Part shown: positions 27,768-39,170 of the stretch, piece by piece
How the letters are laid out: the number at the start of each line of letters is the position of its first letter
Position numbering within the stretch: the first letter of the stretch is position 1
Notes under the pieces: model-generated
Database searches by the model: none
Seen by the model: only the letters and a program-made list of their open reading frames with translations
What the model was told of the DNA's origin: nothing
DNA from: Callorhinchus milii
Taxonomy: Eukaryota
Assembly (NCBI RefSeq): GCF_018977255.1
Contig: NW_024704743.1
Span: forward strand, 1,612,001-1,676,000
Length of the DNA stretch: 64,000 nucleotides
Direction of reading: 5' to 3'
Made by a program: the position numbers and the translations under genes

Positions 27768-29764
27768 CTAGAAAACAGAATGAGATCATTGATATCAGGT
27801 CGCGGTCACAAAGAACGGGCAGACGGGACCTCGGTTTAACATCTCGTCTCAACCGAAGGCTGTGATTTCAACGTTGCTTACCATTCAGCCTTTCAGAACT
27901 TTCTGTTTAAGGTCGAACTCATATAATGCTAATAATCTTTGCATTTGATATAGAACCTTATCACGTCTTTGAGACATCTCAAAGCACTATATATTCATAG
28001 GTTTGTTCCCATAATCAGTCACAGGATATTACAATATAGAATTGATTACTCTGAGTGCCCACTGTGGCTGAATCAATAGCATCATTGAAAAGGGATTGGA
28101 TAAGCACCTGAGCAATTAAAACAGTCACGATTATGGTGATAGAGCTGGAACACGAGATTAATACAAACGGTAATTTAAAAAACACAGAGGAGGCAAGATT
28201 GGTATAAATGAGGCACTTTGTTCACACAGGTTCGGATGAAAAAGGCCCTCGGCCCGTTTAATTTCACCCTTCACCGGGAAACAAAATAAAACTGTGGGAC
28301 ACTGCTGTGCGAAATTGGCTTACACGTTTCGTTCACAAAATATAGTGTCAATTCACTTAACAGATATTCCGTGAAGCGCTGTGAGGTGTGTGGATACACA
28401 CTCAAATCACTCACCACAGCAGGTCTGTCTTTTCTGGAACCTGCCGCCTCACAAAAACTAGACCGTCCATTCCCTTTCAAACACTACAGGTAGAGAGAGC
28501 CCTTGACCATAGATCACTTTTCTCCTTTTCAAGGTCTATCTCAAGATCTACCCCATTCACCTCACTTTCCCCCACCACCGAGTGCCAAGAGCTTTAAGAC
28601 GTGATACGGTGCTGTATCAAATGCAAGTTTTATTATTATTAGGATGTTCTCCCGCCACTGCATAAAATGGAAATTTGCGTTGTGCTGTATGTATTATATA
28701 CTGTAACTTTGGAACCTCACCCGAATCTGGCCTTTCCTCACCCCCCAATGCAGACAGGATCCTTCAATCACGCCTTTTGTCACCTCTAGACTCGATTTCT
28801 CCAAAACTCTCTTCGCTGGCCTCCCTAGCTTAACCCACTGCAAGCTCCAGCTCATCTAGAGCTCCCCAGCTCATCTAGAGCTCCCCGTAGCCCCATCTTT
28901 GCTGCTTCTATAACCAATTTGTCTGCTTACACACACTGGCTCCAACATCATAATGTAGCGACACCTATCTGAGAACAGTGGGACAATAGCTCATTGTGAT
29001 CTCCCACAGCAGGTGGTTAGCACTGGCTGGAAACTGCAGGTATAAAAGCACAGCGCCAGACACAATTTCTCTTACACGAATAAAGAAACGGGATTCAAGC
29101 CTCGCATCTGGTAATAGCTCCTTATCATGTCGCCAAACCGCTTCGCATTAACAACTGTCAAGTCTGACAATTGCGTATTTAAAGGTGAACGTGGCAGCCG
29201 ATTGGCGTACAGCAATGTCCCACAAACATCCAGGGAGTGAATAGTTATTATAATATTTGCACTTGGTGTAGGGCCTTATCACGTCGTCGAAACGTCTCAA
29301 AGCGCTTCACAGAATATAGTGTGGAGTAACTGTATTTGTGGGAGAAATGCAGCAGCCAAATGCGCATTGCGGTGTCCTACAAACAGTCGTGGATTGAGGA
29401 CCGCATTTTATTTTAAGGGATTAAGCCTAATTTCAGGCCAAGGAAGCCTTATTACATCAGTTTCAGCCCGGCTCAGTTGGTAGCATTCTCACCTCCGTCT
29501 CTGAAGGTTGCTTAAGTGGACGTTAAAAAGATTCCACGGCACTGTTTAAAAAGTCTCTCTCGCTCTTTCCCACGATTCTGCCCAATTGGTCACTCACTTC
29601 AAGGTTGTCTGTGGGCCACTAACATGTGCAAATTGGCTGCCACGTTTCCCCAAAGCGCAGTCACACCACTGTACTGTACATCCTGTGAAGCGCTCTGAGA
29701 TGTCTCGACGATGCGATTAAGGCGCTATGTCAAATGCAAGGCTCACCACTGATTCTGCTTGTAC

Positions 29765-29997
29765 CTGCAAATCTCTGTTTTATTCAGGTCCGACACCGCT
29801 AAACCTCCGCCTTTGTCCTCATCGCACAGGTCGTAGATGTTTATGAAGGTGTTATCGATACGCGACGTGCTGCCTCGCTGGTTTAAGATGGCTGGGGTTC
29901 GGATGCTGTCCCTCGTCAAGTTCTTTGCGTTTTCAGAACTCTCCAGGAAGTATTTCGTGATTATCTCCAGCATCGTCCTGAAAGGCATCAACTGATC
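29765..29997 (-). CDS. MINDY4: MINDY4 exon 3 (DQLMPFRTMLEIITKYFLE...INIYDLCDEDKGGGLAVSDLNKTEIC-R)
   Basis: Matches the human PLKTSLELITRYFL and VNIYDLSDED blocks; cag acceptor, donor AG|GTACAA; 233 nt, ends phase 2 and joins exon 4 as AGA (Arg). Confidence 0.92.
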
Positions 29998-30779
29998 CTG
30001 TTTTTTTTAAAAAAAGAGGTAAATACATTGAATTTTCAATAGAAGTTACTGCAAAGGAATAAATAGATCAACGTAAAGCTTGTAGCCGGAATTCAGTTCA
30101 GCGAATGATTTTGCCCACAAAACACCCGGTCCATTACACTCGCAAGGATTATTATTATTCCATCCCACAATCCCAATCCCTTTGCCTTGCTCCCTCCATG
30201 CCTCCTTCAAGGTATGACTCAAGACCCTCCTTTTCGACCTCCCCCCTACCTCTCTGGCCTCCCTCACCCCAACCCTGCCCCCACACGCTCGGGTTCTGAT
30301 CCCCAACTGTTCAGCGCCTTGGGACGTCCTCCCGAGGTGAAAGGCCCTTTACAAGTGTAATTTTGTTGTTGTTGTTCATCCAGCCCGAGACCATTTCAAC
30401 TTCAGGCCATCTGCTCCCTCCCTCCCTTCAAGGCATATCAAGACCTAACTCTTTGATCACGCTTTCGGTCATCTTTTCCTCTCCCCGGTCTAACGGGTGA
30501 GATTGGATTGCATCTTCCCACAGTCCAAGATTTAAGTAAAATTTAAAGGGCAACTGACGAGAGATGTGTCTGCCATCTATAAGTAAGTGTAAGCTCCGCA
30601 AAGGCCTGTCTACCGGGGTGAAAAGCACCGTTAGCAATAAAAAAACACAACAAATTGCATGTGATAGAAATAAGGATGTGGTAAAACACTGCAGCAGGTG
30701 GAATTATGAAAGGTGTTTCTTGAAGCCCTTATGTTCCCCGCAGCGCTAATGTTTGGTTCAACAAATGAAGTACATTCAC

Positions 30780-30899
30780 CTTGTTCTGCTTATACAGCGA
30801 TTCCAAATGTAACACTTTCTTCAGCTCATTTCGGTTGTTGATGCTGGTCTCACTGCGTGGAAATTCTTGGTCCATGGCTGCAATTGTCTTCTTTAAACC
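30780..30899 (-). CDS. MINDY4: MINDY4 exon 2 ([40 protein letters not shown])
   Basis: Acceptor ctttcccag, donor AAG|GTGAAT; 120 nt, phase 0/0; strong similarity to human [40 protein letters not shown]. Confidence 0.96.
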
Positions 30900-31809
30900 C
30901 TGGGAAAGGACAAAATGCCACAGAGCTGTCAGAACAGTTACAGTTACCAATCATAATCATAATAATAAATTGACCACTTCAATCCACGACTGTTGGGTGT
31001 ATTGCAAGGAATTTTATTATCATTATTATTATTATTATTATTATTATAATATGCGCACTTGCTCTCTGAAAGCCAGTTTACCTAATTCCAGTATTAGTGC
31101 AGGTTAAGAACCAAGATTTCAGGTCCCTGGTACGGAGGTAACTGCTGGAGTTTAACCAGCTAAACACACAAGCCTTGGCATTGTAAACATATAACTTGCC
31201 ATGGGTAGTAATAATAAATAATAATAATAATCCTTGCATTTGATATAGCGCCTTATCACATCTTTGAGAGGTCTCAAAGTGCTTCAAAAGATATATTGTA
31301 GAGAATTGACTATAGTTTGTTGGCAGCCAATTGCGCACAGCAGTGGCCCACGAATAGTTGATACATCAACAGAATTACATAACAGGAGCCAATTCCAGCT
31401 CCCAGTGATTTACACATTAATATGACTGTACACACGCTCACTTCTCATACCTGCCCTCTTTGGCAGGACACCTGCAAAGTTACCATCAGCTCAAGAACCA
31501 TTATGTTCCCAAATATAGATTTTATGCCTCCCACAGACTCACTGGTTTCTTTAGCTCCACCATCCATACAATTCAGATAATCCAGATCTCCCAACGCCTG
31601 CATCCTCACCCACACCCCCAAATTCACTGGCTCACCGTCTTGATTTCAAGGTCCTCACCCTCTAATCTCTTCAGGTTAGCAAGAGCCAAACCTTGGGAAC
31701 TCCAGAGTGTGCACTGGGATACTGCTGGAGTCCCAACCAGCTAACCATCAAAAACCACATAGCTTACTATTGAGAGCTTTCCCGCTGCTTGTCCAGCCAG
31801 GAAAACCCT

Positions 31810-32045
31810 GCAAGGGCTTTGGCTTGCAGGGTTAACAGGAGCCGAGTGGGAGGAATCCTGGCTCCCAGTGACTGATCTGCTCTTCCAAGTCCTGCCAACG
31901 AGCCAGGCTGGGTTGTGTTGTCATCGGCAATGCCCTGGAGCACTACAGACCCACCTGGCTCAGAAACCAGGTTAGGGACCGTCACAGAGGGCTGGCTCGA
32001 TTCCGACATTTCGTTGCCAAACATGTCACCTTGGAGCCAGTTACG
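31810..32045 (+). repeat. Unclassified old interspersed repeat (copies also at about 13010-13150 + and 19590-19775 -)
   Basis: Shared blocks agggcttnggnttgnagggttaacagga, gcantgccntgga, ctggctcag and cagagggctggctcgatnccgacatttcgttgccaa. Confidence 0.7.
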
Positions 32046-33479
32046 TTGAATTGTCAGAAGTGCTGTCCTCCGAATGAGACGTGAAACCAAGGTCATGTGG
32101 GCTGTTCTTCAGGTTAACATCAATGATTCTATTAACCTATTCAAAAAGAGAAGGGAGTTTCTCCCCGTATCCTTGCCAACAATCCTCAGTTACGTTGCTA
32201 ATTCACTTTGTGGGTGTTTGTGGAACTTTTTCGGTGCTCAAATGTCTGCTGCATTTACCTACAAAAACAGCCATGACATTTGACAGTAATCACTGGGAAA
32301 TATTTTGAGACACTGACGTGATAAGACTCAATAAAAAAAAGTAAGTTCTTTCTTTCAAATGAGCTGTCAAGGCAAAGTCATCTCCAGCGACACACTATTT
32401 CTGATCACCAAAAGTCGTTTTGCATCTCAATGCTTTCCAGAAAAGATAATCAGCCTTACATTTTCCTCAGAAAAGTAGATTACTTCCAATGATCTGACAA
32501 TATCATTACTGTTAGACACTGTCCTTCACCTAGCATATACTGGCAGCTGCTAAAAAAAATTGAGAATAAAGTTGGGAGTCCGCCACAAATAATATATAGA
32601 GTGAGAACAAAACATGATGCACCGTCTCACAGAATATCAAGTTGCTTCGAATGCCAAATTGCGAAATAATTTGCTCTCCTCCGCATAATGGCTGCTCAGT
32701 TTTCTGCAGTGACGAGTGCTTATTTCTGAATTTTTAAAAGAGAGAGACTGGCAGAGCAGGAGAAAATGAGCGAGCTATTTCATCTGTAACAACACAGATG
32801 TCATGGGGGATAATCACAAGATTCAAAGATCAGAAGCGTGAGGCGTCAATGGCGACTTAAAAATTTATAACTCGCTTGACAGCTCAGTGGATAAACGAAA
32901 CACAACTGGGGAGGCTTCATACCTGATCCGGTTTGAAGCGTTCCCAGTTGTGCAGTTTTCTGAACGGAGTGGAAATCGGGGGTGCACGATTGCCATGAGA
33001 TTTTTGAAAGGGACAGAAGGTTGCCTACTTCTGGTGACTCCGCTGGAAAGTGTAGGTGTGTGATCATACAATCAGGCCCCGCTTTGAGATCGGACACATC
33101 TGCAGCCTCAACACCTAGGAACAGAGACTTGCAGAACCACCTTCATTTCCCTCCACCCAATATGAGGCCGTCACCATCGCCGACAGATAGATACAGATGA
33201 ACCCCCCTCCTCCCACAACTGTAATCCAACCTCTTAGAAACAGAAACCCCTTTCCTCCAACTGTATTGAGATATCTGCCACCTCACTGACCGGAAACAGA
33301 GATGCAATTCCCCCACCACACACACACACCGCGCCCCAGATAATCCCACATCCCAACTCCCCTCCACACAACCCCATTATCTTCTAACAGACACCCCATG
33401 CCCTTCCTCACACCCCTCCCTCGTGTATTCCTGGATCTAAGCTCACACACACCACCCCGATTCCCCCAAAATTGAGACA

Positions 33480-34320
33480 ACAAAATTACATCTGAATAGC
33501 GCCTTTCATGTTGGGAGGACGTCCCAAGGTGCTGGACAATCAGTGTTTCGGACCTGAGCTGGGGGCCGCGATCGGGGAGGGTGGAGGTCAGGGGCGGAAG
33601 GAGGGTGACCGAAGGCACAGATGAAGAGGAAGGTCTTGAGGAGGGTGTTGAAGGCGGCAAGGGAGGGGGCGAGGCGGAGGGACTGTGGGATGGAGTTCCA
33701 TACGGCGGGGGCAGAGTAGCTGGAGGCGAGGTATGTGAAGCAGGCCGGAGCCCACTGAGCAGAGGGAGCGAACAAGTTGATACGGGGGTCGCAGAGAGGT
33801 GGGGGGGGGGGGGGGGGGGAGCAAGGCCATGGAGGGCTTTGAAAGTGAGGACGAGGATCTTGAACTGTATCCGCTGTGTGATGGGAAGCCAGTGGAGTCG
33901 GGCGAGAATGGGAGTGATAGCGGTCACGGAGCCCGGCGCGAGAGAGGACAGGTCCTGCAGAGTTTTGGATGGAGGGAGGAGTTGGGGGGGGGGGGGGGGG
34001 GGCGACAAGCAATGAGTTTGCACAGTCGAGCCTGGATGTAATGAAGCCGTGTGCGTGTGCCGGCGGTGTGAGACAGTGGCGGAGCCGGGCGACGTTGCGG
34101 AGGTGGGGAAGGCAGAGCGAGTCATGGGGTAGAAAGGACAGTTGAGGGTCAAACCAGACCCCGAGGTTCGGGACTGGCTCAGTGAGGGGGAGTGAGCCCC
34201 ACGGACGGCGATGCTGTCGGCGCCTGAGGTGAGGAGGAGAGCCAAACAGGAGCCTCGGTCTGGTTGACGTTCAGATGTAGAAAGTTCGCTCTCGTCCAGG
34301 ACTTGGCGTCTGACAGACAT
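33480..34320 (-). mobile_element. L2-clade LINE 3' fragment (degenerate ORF2 C-terminus and 3' tail)
   Basis: Encodes ITPILARLHWLPITQRIQFKILVLTFKALHGLAP and, in another frame, WNSIPQSL...LKTFLF, typical of the L2 ORF2 C-terminus; frameshifted. Confidence 0.88.
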
Positions 34321-34659
34321 TCTGTACACCCCCCCCCCCCCCATGCCCCACACCCTCACACACACCCTCACACACACCCCGCCATGTACACACACACTAC
34401 ACCACCCCAACATACACACACACACACACTACTCCCCCCTCGACACCCCCGTATCATCACTCACCCACCCGCCCATCCCTTACCACCCATCACACACACC
34501 CCCTTCAGCCACCACCACCCCCCCCCCCCACCTCGGCTCACACACACCCTCACACATAGACACACACAGATCTCCACAGATGGTGGCGGTGGGGGGAGGG
34601 GAGGAGTCAGAGATCCTCATTAACACCGTCACTACCAACAACAAATAAGACCCTCCCAC

Positions 34660-34689
34660 CACCACACACACCAACTCACACACACAACA

Positions 34690-34738
<49 letters not shown>

Positions 34739-35245
34739 ACACACACAGACACACACAGACACAGACACACACACACCACACACAGACACACACACACACA
34801 CACAGACACACACACACAGACACACACAGACACACACACAGACACACACACACAGACTCACACACACACAGACACACACAGACACACACACACACAGACT
34901 CACACACACACAGACACACACACAGACTCACACACACACACAGACACACACACACACACAGACACACACACACACAGACAGACACACACACACAGACACA
35001 CACACACACACAGACACACACACACAGACACACACACAGACTCACACACACACAGACACACACACACAGACACACACACACACAGACACACACACACACA
35101 CACACAGACACACACACAGACACACACACACAGACTCACACACACACAGACACACACACAGACACACACACAGACACACACACACACAGACACACACACA
35201 CAGACTCACACACACACAGACACACACACACACACACCCTCACAC
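34660..35245. repeat. Large interrupted (CA)n microsatellite with GA/GACT interruptions in MINDY4 intron 1
   Basis: About 580 bp of CACACA...GACACA...GACTCACA; source of the Cys-Val ORFs. Confidence 0.97.
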
Positions 35246-35329
35246 AGCTGTTAGGTGAGGGTCAGAGACGAGGACGACAGCAACAACAACAACACAGACA
35301 GACAGACACTGTGTGTGTGTACTCGGGTG

Positions 35330-35760
35330 TGAGCGTCGCCGCCTGTCGCGTGTGGGGGATTAATCAGCGCGTCCCCCCATCACCTCCCGCCTCCTCTCAC
35401 CTTCCTGCTCAGGTATTCCCGGACGAGGGAGGCCGCCATCTCCTGCACGACGCCGTTGTTGTCCATCGCTTCCCTCACGGATTCTCCCGTCTCTCTCTCT
35501 CTCGCGCGCTCTCCCTCCGCGGCCAACCGAACCCCGATGACCGGAAGTCCCGCCCATCTCGCGGCGGCTCCCCGCTCCTCCGATTGGTCGAAGCCGGGGC
35601 CCTCCTCTGCCGCCATTGGTTGCGAGCTCAGGGGGGGCGGGACTTCCGGGGTTTTGATGACCGGCGCGGAGCGCGTTGCTGAGGAAACTTGGCGGGTGCG
35701 CGTGCGCAACGGCGGCGGCGCGCGCAGCTCCAACCGCCAACCGCCTTAAAGGGGCAAGGT
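35330..35760 (-). promoter_or_regulatory. CpG-island promoter of MINDY4 with ETS/GC-box, CCAAT, RFX X-box-like and NRF1-like motifs
   Basis: Dense CpG around exon 1. CCGGAAGTCCCGCCC at 35541-35555 and its reverse complement at 35635-35649; ATTGG at 35583 and 35615; GTTGCTGAGGAAAC at 35675-35688; TGCGCGTGCGCA at 35697-35708. Confidence 0.85.
35401..35466 (-). CDS. MINDY4: MINDY4 coding exon 1 (MDNNGVVQEMAASLVREYLSRK)
   Basis: ATG at 35466-35464 inside a CpG island; matches the vertebrate MINDY4/FAM188B N-terminus (human EEVAASLVREFLSRK, from recall); donor AAG|GTGAGA; 66 nt, phase 0. Confidence 0.95.
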
Positions 35761-35949
35761 CAGCCTCACCAGAGAGAGAGAGAGAGAGAGGGGATTTTTT
35801 GTCCCCCCACACAAAAATAATAATAATAATAATAATTTTTAAAAAATGCTGTTCGGCTTAATCATGTTACTGCAAAATGCTCGTACAACGCTGGTGCTAT
35901 CGTTGCTGCTAATAAAAGTCATATTGTCAGTAAATATGATGGTATTAGT

Positions 35950-36240
35950 AATCAATCAATGCAATCATGTTCTTGATCAATACAATGATGTTGTTAATCA
36001 ATACAATAATATTACTAATCGATGAAATAATATTATCAATCAATAACATGCTATTGTTAATCAATGCAATAATATCAATCGATGCAATAATATTATTAAT
36101 CAATGAAATAATATCAATCAATACAATAATATTATTAATCAATGAATTAATATTAATCAATAAAATATTATTATTAATCAATACAATAATATTACTAATC
36201 AATGAAATAATATTATTAATCAATAAAATAATATCAATAA
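35950..36240. repeat. AT-rich minisatellite, about 14 units of 21/18 bp (consensus AATCAATRMAATAATATTATT)
   Basis: Directly visible tandem units; they produce the spurious Ile/Asn ORFs 35945-36223 and 35967-36320. Confidence 0.92.
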
Positions 36241-36929
36241 TACAAATGATAATGATGATAACAATATCAATAATACTATTATTAATTAAAGAAGCAACAG
36301 ATTATTCACAATTAAAATAATATTGATATTAATAATATCGCCATCATCATTATAATAAGTAATATCATTAACAGTTATCATTATTTTTATTATTAATAAA
36401 AACAGCGGAATAATATTAATAAAATAATAATAACGTTATTAATAGCGAAAATAATGCTGACGACAATATGGTTATTAGCAATAACATGAATGAGAAGAAG
36501 TCACATTGAGAAAGTGATAACATGGACTCCAACAGTTGAAGTTAATAATAATAATAATAATAATCCTTGTGTTTGATTTCGCGCCTCATCACGTCGTTGC
36601 GACGCCTCAGAGCGCTTCACATACTGGAGTTATTTGCCCGAAGTTGCCCGAAATATTAGACTATCACCGCATCGGTTGTACGTGGGTGTGGGGCGGGCGT
36701 TGTTGTCGCTGTTTACTGAGTCTGCCTGTAGCTACATCGGCGCAGGAACAACCGCGAGAGCTTACGAGGCCACCATCACCACGTCCAGAAGCCATCGGCA
36801 AAGGGGTGGGTTTGGTGCACCCGAGCGGGAGAAAAGGGGGGTCGGGGGGTGGGGGGGGGAGATGAGACGTAGAGAAGGCGTCGAGAGCGAGAGAGAGAGA
36901 TGGAGAGAGAGAGAGAAAGAGAAGGAGTA

Positions 36930-37258
36930 ATAATAATAATAATAATAATAATCCTCGCATTTGATATAGCGCTTTTCACGTCTTCTCGACGTCCCAAAGC
37001 GCTTCACAGAACACACTGTAAAGCGAATTGACTGTATATTTGTGGGCGAACGCGGCGGCCGATTGCGCACAGCAATGTCCCACAAACAGTCGTGGATTGA
37101 AAATGACCAATTTATTATTGTTTTTGGTTTTGGAGGATTATTATTAGGCTCTGTGTGGGGTAAGGAAACTTGCCCGAGGTTTGGCCCTCTGCCTGGAATT
37201 GAACTCAGGTCTCTCGCTCGCAAAGCGAGTGCTCTGACCACTGAGCCACAGGACTCCC
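36930..37258 (-). mobile_element. Internally deleted SINE variant (partner copy at 14322-14545, +)
   Basis: tRNA head and Deu/L2 tail present, but the cctctgtttacc...gatcgcttttcc segment is missing; shares a distinctive spacer with the 14.3-kb copy. Confidence 0.85.
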
Positions 37259-38019
37259 CAAACGCTGTAACGTGCACAGCGGGGATGTAGGAATTCATCC
37301 AGCCCAGGGGTACACACGGCCGGACCGGTCAGTCGACGGGCAACGCTGTCCGCTCAGGCTTCGGTGTTCGCAAATAGCCCTTGGCCTCTCCGCGCAAAAG
37401 GGGCCGTCATTCAGCTTCGTGGTTCCCGGTCAGTCGCTGCGAATTGAACACACGCGGTTTCGAGAAACCGCTCGTTAGGCCACCGTTCGACGCCTAACGT
37501 TAAATGAAGAATAATTCTTGCTTTCGATACCGTGCCGATGACAGACGTATCGCGATCGTCGTCGTCGTCGTCGTAATAATAATCATAATAATCTTTGCAT
37601 TTGATACAGCGCCTCTTCACGCCTTCGAGACGTCTCAAAGCGCCTTCACGGAATGGACCGTGCAGCGAGTTGACTGAGTATCTTGCTCCCCACCGAACTC
37701 CTGGACATCGGCTTATCTCAAGACTAAAGGAACAGGGAGACGGCGGAATCCTCCCCAAAAGCTGTCCATCCCTCTTTCTGCGTCTCAGTTGTTTTACCCC
37801 ACGTGAAACGGAGCCTGTTCAAGACCCCTAGCGGCCCGCGAAGGGCGGGGGGGGGGGGGGTGGGTGGCCTGTCTCTGGGACGAGGGGAGATGGAGGTAGA
37901 AACTCGTAAAAGTAAGACGTAACTTTGGAACAGTTGGACTCATCGCGGGGAGGAACAGTGGAGAGGTACGTCAGTGACGTTGCCCCCGTGGAATCGGGTG
38001 GCATCGGTTTCGTTGCATC

Positions 38020-38055
38020 TCACTGCTTCAATGTCACTTCAACGAGGTAGTAATT
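38020..38055 (-). CDS. Unrecognised small secreted protein, putative last coding exon (NYYLVEVTLKQ-stop)
   Basis: Acceptor ttttaatctcctttgacaccacatag, phase 0, TGA at 38022-38020. Short, so less certain. Confidence 0.55.
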   Translation of the reverse strand, partial: NYYLVEVTLKQ

Positions 38056-38504
38056 CTATGTGGTGTCAAAGGAGATTAAAAGTAATTCACACCTCCTGTG
38101 TCGGGTGAAGTCCCTTTCTGGCGAACGCCTTACACCGCTGGCGACGCAATCACCCACGAAACGTGCAGTCAATTCACAATGGGTTATAGGAACATAGGAA
38201 TTAGGAGCAGGAGCAGGACATTCAGCCCCTCGAGCCGGCCCCGCCATTCAATAAGGTCATGGCTGATCTTCTAACCCAACTCCATCTGCCCGCCTTATCC
38301 CCATATCCCTTAATCCCTCTATCCTTTAGAAACCTATCACCCCTCTATCCTTCAGAAACCTATTATATTCCGTGAAGCGCCTTGAGACGTCTCGAAGACG
38401 TGATAAGGCGCCGTATCAAATGCCTTTGAAGACATTCCCACTTCCGCGAAAGACGTGATTTTTTTTTCTCTCTCTCTGCTCTCTGCCTCGACCAGTTCGT
38501 TTAC

Positions 38505-38588
38505 CTGCAAGGAGCCAGGTTCCAATCGGCAGATGAAACCAAAGGAGAATCTTATGCAGTTATCCTCGAAGCTCATCTCGGGAAAAAT
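38505..38588 (-). CDS. Unrecognised small secreted protein, coding exon 2 (IFPEMSFEDNCIRFSFGFICRLEPGSLQ)
   Basis: Long (TC)n pyrimidine tract + ttgcag acceptor, donor CAG|GTAAAC; 84 nt, phase 0/0; island of unique sequence between repeats. Confidence 0.68.
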
Positions 38589-39170
38589 CTGCAAGGCAGA
38601 GTGAGAGAGAGAGAGAGAGAAAAAAATTAAATCGCACACCTGCGTAAATGATTTAGCAAATCACCGCGTAATAGCCCTTTCCGTTCGATAGGCAGAAAAC
38701 GGCCGTCTTTTCACACTTCGCCTTAACCCGTCTTGGGACCTGGAGAACCCACGGACTCCGAGTGAAACTCCAGGGCAGTGCTGGGGGGGGAGTCGCAGGT
38801 GCCGTCCTTCAGATGAGATGTTAAACCGAGGAGGTCCCGTCTGTCCCTGTTCAGGTGGAGTTCCTCTCTCTCTCTCTCTCTCTCGATGTCCTGGATGACA
38901 CCCCCCCAGATGAGATTGGAAGTTGTTGCAAGTATATTAGTTCCACGATCACCATAAACCAACACCCCCCGCCCAACACAGTCACGACACTTTGACGTTT
39001 CAAGCTTTTTGAGGCACGGTTTCAAATGCAAGGATTGTCTTTCTGTTATTATTCACGAGTTTATGGATCTCGTATCCGTGGTCCGCTGGAACTCTTCTAT
39101 AATCCCTCCAGCTCGCACCCCACACTCCCCCATCCCCAAACCCCACCGCTTCAACCATGAACATTTGGAG

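Noticed and set aside
33283..34425. 380-aa ORF, the longest in the track
   Set aside because: A chance fusion of CA-repeat, poly-C runs and a frameshifted L2 ORF2 remnant; not an intact reverse transcriptase or host gene.
34480..35233. Cys/Val-rich ORFs
   Set aside because: Translations of the (CA)n microsatellite.
35945..36320. Ile/Asn/Leu-rich ORFs; regular repeats that superficially suggest a CRISPR-like array
   Set aside because: Head-to-tail minisatellite units with no unique spacers, in vertebrate DNA; the ORFs arise because unit lengths are multiples of three.
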